Shown piece by piece: positions 40,252-51,700 of a DNA stretch of 64,000 nt; within the stretch, counting starts at the first letter, position 1; each line of letters starts with the position of its first letter. Made by a program: the position numbers and the translations under genes. This DNA is from Octopus bimaculoides (Eukaryota): contig NC_068985.1 in NCBI RefSeq assembly GCF_001194135.2, positions 40,013,793 through 40,077,792 of the forward strand. Reading direction: 5' to 3'. The notes beneath the pieces are model-generated. The model saw only the letters and a list, made by a program, of their open reading frames with translations. It ran no database searches and had not been told where the DNA came from.

Positions 40252-43200
40252 CATCGTCATCATCTGGTGAAACCGGATGGCAACACCAGGCGCCAAATTA
40301 GACTGGAGCCTGGTGTTGCCATCCGGTTTCACCAGTCCTCAGTCAAATCGTCCAACCCATGCTAGCATGGAAAGCGGACGTTAAACGATGATGATGATCA
40401 TCATCATCATCATCATCACCATCATTTAATGTCTGTTGTCCATGCTGGCATGGGTTGAGCAGTTTGACTGGGCTGGCATGCCGGAAGGCAGCACCAGATT
40501 CCAGTCTGATTTGGCATGGTTTTCTATAGCTGGATGCCCTTCCTAATGCCAACCACTCCAAAAGTGTAATGGGTGCTTTTACGTGCCACCAGCATGAGTG
40601 CCATTTGCATGACACTGGGATGCGTTTACATTCCACTGGTACAGGTGCCAATTTGCATGACACCGGTATCTGCCACAACTGCAATTTTGCTCAGCTTGAT
40701 GGGTCTTCTCAAGCACAACATAATGCCAAAGGTCTTGGTCATTGCCTCCATGAAGCCCAACACTCAAAAGGAACCCATCCACCTTGCCTTCGTGAGGCCC
40801 AACACTCAAAAGGAACCCAACCAATTTGCCTTTGTGAGGCCCAATGCTTGAAAGGAACCCAGCCACTTTGCCTCCGTGAGGCTCAACATTCAAAAGCTGT
40901 TCTTTACGTGCCACCAGCACAGGTGCACTTGGCTTGACAGGTCCTCTCAAGCACAGCACATCGCCAAAGGTTTTGGTCACCAGTCATTGCCTCTGTGAGG
41001 CTCAAAGTTCAAAGATCATGCTTCACCACCTCGTCCCATGTCTTCCTGGGTCTACCTCTACCACAGGTTCCCTCCGCAGTTAGAGATCGACATTTATTTT
41101 TACACAGCTGTCCTCGTCCATACCAGTACAGTCGTCTCTCTTGCACACCACATCTGATTGCTCTTATACCTAACTTTTCTCTCAAGATGTTTACATGCCA
41201 TTGAACATGCACATTGACATTGCACATTCAGCAAAGCATACTGGTTTCATTTCTTTCAAGCCTATGCATGTCCTTGGCTGTCATAGCCCATGTTTCACTG
41301 CTATGCAGTATAGCTGTTCGCACATAGGCATCAAACAATCTGTCTTTCACTCTAAGAGAAAGGCACCCCTACTACTAACTTGGTCACCTAGATAGCAGAA
41401 GCTATCTTACTATCTTTAGCTTGTCCCTCTGGCAGATGATGGAGTCTATTTTCTGTGCATTTTCAGCATTTATTGCACCTGTGCACCTTCCACATACAAA
41501 AGTTAGTTTCCTTGTTAACCTTCCTCTGATGTTGTTGCACCGTGTCCAAAGCTTACACTCATGGAGTTTCTACCTACACCTTTTCAATGGATTGAGCAGG
41601 GCCATCTATCTGAAGGGATTTGTGATTTGTCTGCCTTCCTACTTACTATGACTTTTGGTTTTTCCCTTTGATTCTAGACCTTGCTTCCATACCTGGAACT
41701 TCTTCAGTTAACAACAGGTAAAGAACAAAATGCTTTTGCAGTGTTTGTGTGAATTCATAATTAGCAAATTTTAATCAATCAAGTGATGTACAGGAGGCTG
41801 ACTGTTATTAAGTAATATAAAGTAGATTAGTATTTTTATCTAGAATAAGTACTAGGCTTACAAACAATAAGTCCTGGAGTCGATTTGCTTGACTAAAGGC
41901 GGTGCTCCAGCATGGCCACAGTCAAAATGACTGAAACGAATAAAAGAATATAGTTTGAGTTGTAAATGAAATAATTAACATTTAATCATCAGTATACACT
42001 TGTCTGTAACCAAAGTGATGATGCTGTACATGCAGATGAAATGAGTTTAATACAACAAAATTTGACTCACAAGCAATGGCTATGAATTTTAATTTTAACA
42101 CTTTCTCATTCTGCCTTGTATTACTTACATCCACCCTGATATCAAAAGGATTAAACCTTACTGGCTTGGTCTACCTTACACCAAACTACTCATTTACAAG
42201 TTTCAGTCAGCAGGCTGAGGCCATGTTGGAGCACCAGCATCATGTGTATATTTTCTAAATGAAGAGTGGAGGCAAAATAAATAAATAGAATTTACATATA
42301 AGCAACAGGAATGTAATAAACCCAGGAACACAATGATTCATATGAAAGAGAATCAAAACTGAGTAACTGAGTGCTCTCTTTTGACTATGGTATTTGAGCC
42401 ATTTGTGTTTACATCCACACTGAATTTAAATTAAATAAAACTGAGTCAACAAAAGACTGTCTGAATATTTGTTTGACCTCTGAGAAATAGCAACCAAAGA
42501 GCCTTCAAATCACAGCCAACTGTCTTGATAAACAAGACACTTATTTGATAACATCATCCTAGATACACTATGACTAAATAAAAGTAAAGAAGATCACAGC
42601 TGGAATGCCTTTAACTATATATTGCTGTATTTTGGTTGACTTGTGACTGAACATCATCATCAACAAGTAAATACAATCTACTGTATAAACTACTCTGGTG
42701 GTGTTGCATAGATGTGATCAGCTCTGCTCAAGAAGACCCCATGGAAGTAAGATATCAAATAAGGTTTATAGTGAAGACCTTGTGTCATAGATGTGAATGC
42801 ACTTCAAGATGCATGGCTTGGACAGTGCCAATTAGCTTATAATACATAGGGTTTGTGTATGACTTAATTTTGGTCAAATAGAGAAATAGCTTAGATATGC
42901 ATGCTCAGAGATGGGAAAAGAGAAAGGAGAGAAAATATTGATGAGTCAGCAACAGATTATTTACAAAAGAACAAAGCAACATTGAAATTGTATATTGAAC
43001 ACTGACAGATCGAAGGAATGTAGATGTTGCAAATCTAAAAACAAAAATAATAATAAATAAAACAAATACAACAAAATGCAAAAAAAAAACAATAATAATA
43101 AAATAGTGAAAGTCAGAGTGGAAGAAAGAAGAGTATTACAGAGAGAGGCAGGCGTCTGCTAGACAAACAAAATAGATCAATAAATTGTAATTATTATAAT

Positions 43201-46200
43201 AATATTGATAATAGTAGAATGTTTGTAGTGGGGTACAAGAAAATGAATTGGATTGCCACCATGTAAAAAAAAAAAAGAAAAGAAAAAGATAAATGGAGAC
43301 CAAAATGAAACAAGGAAAACCTGTTTAAAGTTGTATGATAATGTTTGGGGAATTTACCGTTATTGTTAATCCGTATTTTTTTAATATGTAATTTTGACTT
43401 TAACAAACAATTTCAGAGACACATTACACACAACATGGTGAAAAAAGAAAAAAACTGGAAAATTAATAAATATAAACACATTTAGCTTTCCACCATGCAA
43501 AACTGACAAGGAAGGTGAGCAATAAAATACTTGGCACTGGTGAGAGAAGCAACATTAGTCATGCATATAGGACCATTCTATGTCATAAGTTCAATACCAA
43601 GTTAAGAAATATAAATTAAATATGATAAACCATAACTAAAGCAATAAAATTTTGTTTTAAACGACCATTTTAATTTTAAAATTATAAAAATAAGGAAATT
43701 TAGCTTGAAAATCTAATTGATGTCATTAAAGACAATAGTTTTTGATTGGTTTGTGTATCTCTTTTACTCTTTTACCTGTTTCAGTCATTTGACTGTGGCC
43801 ATGCTGGAGCACTGCCTTTAGTCGAGCAAATTGACCCCGGGACTTATTTTTTGTAAGCCTAGTACTTATTCTATCGGTCTCTTTTGCCAAACCACTAAGT
43901 GGCGGGGACATAAACATACCAGCATTGGTTGTCAAGCAATGCTAGGGGGGGACAAACACAGACACACAAACACACACGCGTATATATACATATATACGAC
44001 GGGCTTCTTTCAGTTTCCGTCTACCAAATCCACTCACAAGACTTTGGTCGGCCCGAGGCTATAGTAGAAGACACTTGCCTAAGATTCCACGCAGTGGGAC
44101 TGAACCCGGAACCATGTGGTTGGTAAGCAAACTACTTACCACACAGCCACTCCTACGCCTATATATGTGTGTTTTCGTCAGAGTAATAAGGGCAATGCCC
44201 ATGATCTTTTTGCAAAGTCCCAAGATTGATGAAGTGTGGGTGGATAGGAGAGAAACCAGAATTCAGGGGTTTCCAGAGTAGGATGCAGCACATCAGTGTA
44301 TGAGATTAACCTCAGACTTGATGTTGAAAGCTTATAACAAATTGAAATCTTCTCAAGGCACCGAAGAGCTAGGTAGTAATATTAAATTGAGTTATGAAGT
44401 TCCAGTGGGATTGAACCCAGAACCATGTGGTTGGGAAGCAAACTTCTTACCACACTGCTATGCCTGACTTTTAAATCAAAATTTAATATAGTAATTTTAT
44501 ATTATTACTATAATTGTTTCTAACACATTGATCAACTGTCTTTAGGTTACACCAGATTAAAAGTTTAAACAAATGAATCCTATGGAAAGATACATTAATA
44601 CCCATGGAACTGATGATACAGAAAGGTCTTTTAACAAGGTCAACAATTAAATCAGAAGCGGAAATTATAAGAATAAAACAAAATTAAACAAAGAAAACAA
44701 ATAATAAAAATAAAAATAGGAAATAAATAGAAATGAAGACAAAAAATGAAAAAGCACAATTAAGTTGAATAACTGAAATTTTGTTTTATGAAAGTTATAA
44801 AATAACCTTATTTGTTTTGCATTTCTATTTGCCTTTTTTTTTTTTTTACCTCAATGAAATAAATTTAACAATAATTGAAATTTCTATTTCTCAGGCTCAA
44901 GCCCCCATAATTATATTGGAAAGACATTGAGTGAATGAGACTGTGATGTTCATACTTTTCTTAAGATTATATCAACAATAAAAGTAAATTGACTCCATTT
45001 GAAATATCAATATGGTTACTGCTATTGGAGGAGGTTGGGGTAAATTGACTACATGATATATTCCCTGACAGTGTTGATGTATGCATGTGTGTGTTTGTGT
45101 AGATGGTATATAGATTGACTATATACACAGTGATAGTGTCAATGAGGGTGGTAAATTGACTGACAACACATTCACCAACAGTGAGTGTATTGTCAAGGTT
45201 AAATTACTCCTTTATCAAGATAATGTTACAAGAGGTGAAGCTGGGGTGAGGTACCAGACTATCAGTTTGCTGAACAAAGAAGAAATGGTTCATTTCCTGT
45301 GACCAACTTTGGTCTGTGGTCTGTAAGACAACCACTTAACCCTTTTGTTTCCATATCTCTGTTGAAATGTACAGATTCTGTTTAAAGTAATTTTGAAATT
45401 AGAAAAGAATTTAAGTAAAAACAACATTAATCATTAATAAGCTGGTGTTTAGAACCTAAATTAACATGAAATTAAGGTGGACAGTTTTAATTTAAGAGGG
45501 GAATTTTATATCATAGAAACAGAATTTCAGGTGGAATTGGAATCAAAAGGGTTAAACCTTACTGGCTTGGTCTACATTACACCAAATAGACACTATATAT
45601 GAGTAGATGCAGCTTACTGTTGTAGGTAGTGGGAACACTGTGTAATTATACAATTAAGATGTACTTTTTTTAACTTGCAAAAATGTTGAATTTATAAAGA
45701 AATGTAATCAAATGTTGCAAAGTATTTGGTCCAGTGTTCAAGTATTTCGGATCTTTTTTAAAACGGGGGCCACATTTTTCATTAACAAAACACTTTGAAA
45801 CTTAGAACACTGGTAGAATGTGTCATATAAAACATCTTTTTCTCTTAGTCTTCTTAAAAAAAAAAAGAAATCCATAAGTTATTCCATGTTAAAGTTGTCG
45901 TATTTCTGTAATTTCAACCAATCACTGACGTCCATTCAGCCGATATACATTAAGTGCCGACTACATAAACAAACGATTCTGAAACAATTAACCCTAACCC
46001 TAACCCTAGGGTTAGGGTTAGGGTTAGGGTTAAAGCAAATTTAAAATGAAAAAAGCAAATAAAACGAAGGTATGGAGATTAAATACGCTTTACATCGCTT
46101 AATCAGCCAAAGGAGTAAATATAAACAACTGAATACTTGTCAGTGATTGGTTGAAATTATCGAAATAAGACAATTTTTTACATGAAATAAATTCGAATAC

Positions 46201-47270
46201 AAAAATATTTTTCTGTTCTATAACACAAAATAAATAAGTATACGAAGTTTGAAAGTCTTTCCGTACCAAAAACACTACGTAAAACATTAATGAAAAATGT
46301 GGCCCCCGTTTTAAAATAGATCCAGTATTTCTGTTACCCAACACTCTTCTTATAATATTATTAATTTATTTACTATTACACAGGTACAGGGCTACACATT
46401 TCTGAAATGACCCCAATACCTATTCTGACTCTAGTACTTATACTAATAATGACACTTATGTGCATGTGTTTGTAAATATACATAATTAAATAAATAAACA
46501 CCGAGAGCAAACATATGCATATTATTAAGATAGCAACACTTGCTAAACAACAAAAACAACAGCCATAGAAAAGGAACAACACAGCTGGGTGGGTTCAGCC
46601 ACTGGAGGTGGGTGCACAGAGAGGGAAGGATTTGCTTTTGTCTTAGCTTATACTTCCACTTACCCAAAATCTCTAGAATAGGAAATTATACGAAGTGGGC
46701 TCGCTTTACTGAAATGGCAAGAAATAAGGAAATTTGGCATTCAATTAATTATTCATTTACATTATTATTACAACTAGTATTATTATAAAATTCAGAGACA
46801 CAAAATTTGAAGGAGCTGTAAATATGATCATGGCATAAAGGAAAAAATATGAAGCATAGACAGACCAAATACGATGAGAGAAGATTTAAAAAATGAAATA
46901 CATGTATCAAAAAAAATATAATGCAAATCATATGCAAATAATGAATTTCAAAGGCTTCCTAAAACTTGTAGGACTGATATGGATGATGTTCGGTTTAAAC
47001 ATTTTGTTCAACATCTACAAATGGGAGAGAAATCCAGAGGGTTGGCATTTTGAGAAGGAAGGATGTAGTAAAGTGGTTAATGTGGACTTAAGAGTATGGA
47101 TAGTGAGAAAAGGGAAAACCTATGTGTTGAGTGAACATAGGGGAGAGTGATGTCTAAACTCGGTAGTTCCAAGAAGACACCATTGTAGAAGTAACAAACT
47201 AGGCAGAGTGAGGAGACATTCCTTCTAGTGAGTAGATAATTCCTTGTCACATGGATAGCTTTCTTTTGGA

Positions 47271-47316
<46 letters not shown>

Positions 47317-48669
47317 ACATGTGCAAGCATGCACATATGCATGTATACATGTATTTAATTAACAGTTATGGCATCCCAGATGTGTAATGCATTTTGGATC
47401 TTAACTGGGATTTGTAGAGTCAGGAACTGATTAAACCTGAAGTATTTCTTGACCTTCACGAGGAAGACTTGTATTGTGAAACCTATATTAATTAATGAGT
47501 TAGGAAAACTCCATAAGAGTGTCTCAAAATATTTACCTAAACTATATTTTAACCCTTTAACCACATTTCTGTTTCAATTCATTTAGAAAATAATCAACGA
47601 TCTGGAGAGATTTTAAAGAAAATTAACTTTTCATTATCAAAGTAGTGTTTGAAACAGGAAAAGATTCTGATATAAAATTACAATGGAAGGCTTTAACTTA
47701 AACCTTTTATCTTTTACTTGTCTCAGTGATTAGACTGCGGCCATGCTGGGGCACCACCTTGAAGAATTTTTAGTCGAATGTAACGACCCCAGTACATATT
47801 TTTTTAAAGCTTGGTACTTATTCTATCAGTCTCTTTTGCCAAACAGCTAAGTTACAGGGACATAAACACACCAACACCGATTGTCAAGCAGTAGTGGGGG
47901 GACAAAAACACAGACACAAAGACATTTTAAAATGGCTCATTGGGTTAAGTTTTCAGATTTTCTTTTTTTTCTTTAGAATAGAAAGAAGATAAAGTGGAAG
48001 AGAAAAGTAATGCCTGTAGTTTAAAGGTGATAGGGATAACTGATTTTGACGTTTGTGCCATTGAGGTTAATGCGTTGAAGGATGTAAAGAGGGTGGAGAC
48101 AATATTCATATAGCTAGTTCAGAGCAGCAGAAGATTGAGTCAGTAAGAATTAAGTGCTGGCCATGAACAGAGGGCAACATTCAATACTCTAGCAACTCAA
48201 CCAGCAGCAATTCTGCATAATCACACCTACAACCAAGTACTTACATTCATGACTATGCATACACAATCATGACAAGAACTTTAGTTGTAGAACTCTGAGT
48301 GATAGCATATTAAACAACAGTTGAGAGGCCTGTGGTTTGTATTCTGCCATAGGTATTATGCTATGTTCTTTTCTACTCTAGGTACAAGGCCCGAAATTTT
48401 TGGGGAGGGGGGGCAGCAGTCAATTACATCAACCCCAGTATGCAACTGGTACTATATTTATTGACCCTAAAAGGATGAAAGGCAAAGTCAACCTTGGCGG
48501 AATTTGAACTCAGAATGTAAAGACAGACAAAATACCACTAAGCATTTTGCCCACTAAGCATTTGAAGAGTTTCATTTACTAATATCAATTCCAGTACTTA
48601 TCTTAACCAGGAAACTGTTTTATCAATCTCTGTTAATTCAATGGTTAGACCACAATTTTTGACAGTAAG

Positions 48670-48710
<41 letters not shown>

Positions 48711-51700
48711 GGGTGTTCCGTAACTTATTCAGGCTGATCCAAGTGCCTGTAGCTTTGGAGTCTTCCTGATGTCAATCCAGTTCATTGGATGATGTAAACT
48801 GGAAAAGAAAAACAGACTACTTCCTGAAATGGCATGGACAGGAGCATACAACTAGTTGATTGATAGATGAAAGCATATAATTAGCTGGTTGTCAGCTGAC
48901 ATTACAATACATATAATCTTTAGCCATGAGTCAGCAGAGAAAATATGGGGGAGGAGATGAAAGGGATGAGGGTATATGGATAGTGATTGGGGTGGCAGTA
49001 TCATTTCCTATTTTAAAAATTACTATTTGCTGGAAGCGTACAATAGGTATGGTAGAGAGAAGGTGAAGGAGTGAATTATGACAAGTCTTTAACTGATTAG
49101 TGAAATGGTAAAATGAGTTGGCATGGGACAGAAGGGGCAGGGTATGATCTCAACAGTACTGAGAGCTATACCTAAAATCAATACCAGAAATGCAATACCA
49201 GGAATGTGCAACACAGTTTGGAATATGAAGGTTTGGTATTCACTTTGATGCACTGTAATTATCAATCTGTCATGAAAGACCAAGACTCACCTACACATAA
49301 ATTTACATTGACGCGGCAACATATACATCATACAAAGCAAGGGAAATTTGATGATGAAGCAAAAAACTAACAATTAATTAATCAGTTAATCAGTCACTCA
49401 ATATAAATGTGTTTGTGTGTGTGTGTGTGCATACATATATATAAACACACGTCTATACATACATATACATGTATGTATATATATATATCTGGGTGTGCAT
49501 ATATACACACACACACACATTCATACACATGTATATTATATGAGGGGTAGGGGTGGGACTGAAAAGCTTTCTGACTTTAAGGGTATCGCAAAAGGCCTAG
49601 TTGGAGGCCCAACCTTTTGAGTTTTTTTACAGGGCTTGGAAAAACTGAAGGACTGATGCAATAAGTGTGTGAATATGTTGAATAAAATCATAATTAACTG
49701 ATCCTCCTGTATTTTCTTTTATCCAAAGCCAGGAACTTTTCAGCACCCACTCATATAAAAAATATATAGGCATATATGCACACATAAATAGTGAAAAAAC
49801 AGAGAGAAAGTGAGTAAACACTAGAGTTCAAAGAAACTAGTCTTGGTCTGTGTCATAAACCAAGATAAGATTGTATAATGTGAAGAGAGGTGAGGTTTAA
49901 AAAAAAACCCATCCCTCCCTGAAATGTCAATAATCACCCCCACCTCATGATGATAATAATAATAATAAATTGTTGTTGTCATCGTCATCATCATCATCAC
50001 TGTTTTATGTCCCCTTTCCATGCTAGAAAGAGTTGGATGGGTCATCATGGTCAGAGTTAGCTTAAATTTAGGGGTACTACTCACTTAGACAGATTAGGGG
50101 AACCCTATCTTGAACTTCATCTTATTCACATTACATAAAAAGAGTCAATTCAAAGAATGCAAAGTGTGAAATTCAAGCAGTGACCAAAATTCCAGTTTAA
50201 GTAAATATATTTATTTCTTTATTGCCCACAGGGGGCTAAACACAGAGGGGACAAACAAAGACAAAGGGATTAAGTCAATTACATCGACCCCAGTGCGTAA
50301 CTGGTACTTATTTAATCGACCCCCAAAAGGATGAAAGGCAAAGTCGACCTCGGTGGAATTTGAACTCAGAACGTAACGGCAGATGAAATACCACTAAGTA
50401 TTTCGCCCGACATGCTAACTATTCTGCCAGTTCACTGCCCTTTAAGTTTAAGTAAATATATTAAATAACTGAACACCATGTATTGAGGGCTACCTTCATT
50501 GTGTATGTATGTCAGTGGGAAGGTTTATATTATCAGTTTCAGTCACTGGACTGCAGCCATAATAAGGTTCTGCTGTCAAGGGTTCAGACAGTCATACTGA
50601 TCTTGACATTTATCTAGGTTTTTATGTTAAAGCTCTCTTTTTTTGAACCACTGGTACAAGACATAAAGAGACACAATGTAATCACAAATGAGTTTAGATA
50701 TGTAAATATAAACATGGGCATTAACATGGACAGTTGCACGCACATACACACACAGCTATGTAATTGTGTGTGTGTGCATGTGTGTGTGTGTGTGCACGCG
50801 CGCATGCATGTGTGTGTATGTGCATGCATGCATGTGTGTGTGCATGCTGAAATTATATCCCTCTAGGATATTAAAAAGGAAAGAAAATGAATTAAAGCAA
50901 AAAAGAGAAAAGAAAAAGTAGCAATTTACTTACGTAAATACATCACAATGCTTTCTGGCTTCTATATCTGCTTCTTCAAGAATCTTTTTCCTACGCCTTT
51001 CTTCGTCATAAAGTTGTTCCTGATAAGGGAAATATACTTTCTCAATCATGGTTTTTGGGTTGTTTTTTTTTTTTTTTTAAGAGAGAGTTTGTTGGATTTT
51101 TTAAAATCTAAATTTTAATATTTAAATGTTTTTATTTATTTATTCTAAAAAAACATTCTAGAAATTGATTTAATTTCAAATTAAAATTTTCTATTTTACT
51201 AAACAGGGAAACATTAAAAAATAATATATCAGTGAATTCCTCAAAGTAGATTTTGCAGCAGGCAGTGTTTAATTAATCCCAGTTTTTGGCAGCTAGTTCA
51301 AAAGTTTATATATTAACTAAGAACTTTAGTACATGGATCAGACAACTATGATGAACAACATTAATATCATTAAACCCCACTACTGATGGTTTTTAGAAAT
51401 GAAATCACTGCAATACTTAAAAAAAAAAAAATAGTCTCGAAAATTATTATCTTTCAGTCCATGTAGTATGTCAGTATGGCTCTAGCACTGGTGCTACTAC
51501 TTTCAAGTATCTCTTCCAACTGATGCTGTTTGTTGAGCAAATTATCAAGTTTGGAAGACAAGAACGAGGCCAATATATGTTAATATATGTTAAATGTATT
51601 CCTATGTTCTAACAAATTATCATACAAGCTGTATCTGTGAATAAAAGACAAATTTACCTATCATTTCAATGGACATGTACTCAGGAAGTTGACAAACAAA

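Noticed and set aside
40742-40896. Regularly spaced repeats superficially like a CRISPR array
   Set aside because: The units are contiguous with no unique spacers, there are no cas genes, and the context is eukaryotic.
40569-40980. ORFs of 92-133 aa with repeated EAQHSKGT-like units
   Set aside because: They are translations of the 42-bp minisatellite in a LINE 3'UTR, not a repeat protein.
44980-45200. Four to five loose repeats of a gtaaattgact...acagtg motif
   Set aside because: Too degenerate to define a unit; probably eroded SINE-A 3' fragments.
45988-46033. Telomere-telomere chromosome fusion site
   Set aside because: The repeat is only about 7 units long and lies inside a TIR/TSD-bounded element within an intron.
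48727-48798. Strong acceptor-like site (gtctgtttttcttttccAG) in intron 2 that would add [22 protein letters not shown] and drop all SH3 domains
   Set aside because: There is no clear donor or nearby poly(A) signal, and such tracts arise by chance in a 15.6-kb AT-rich intron. RNA-seq junction reads would be needed.
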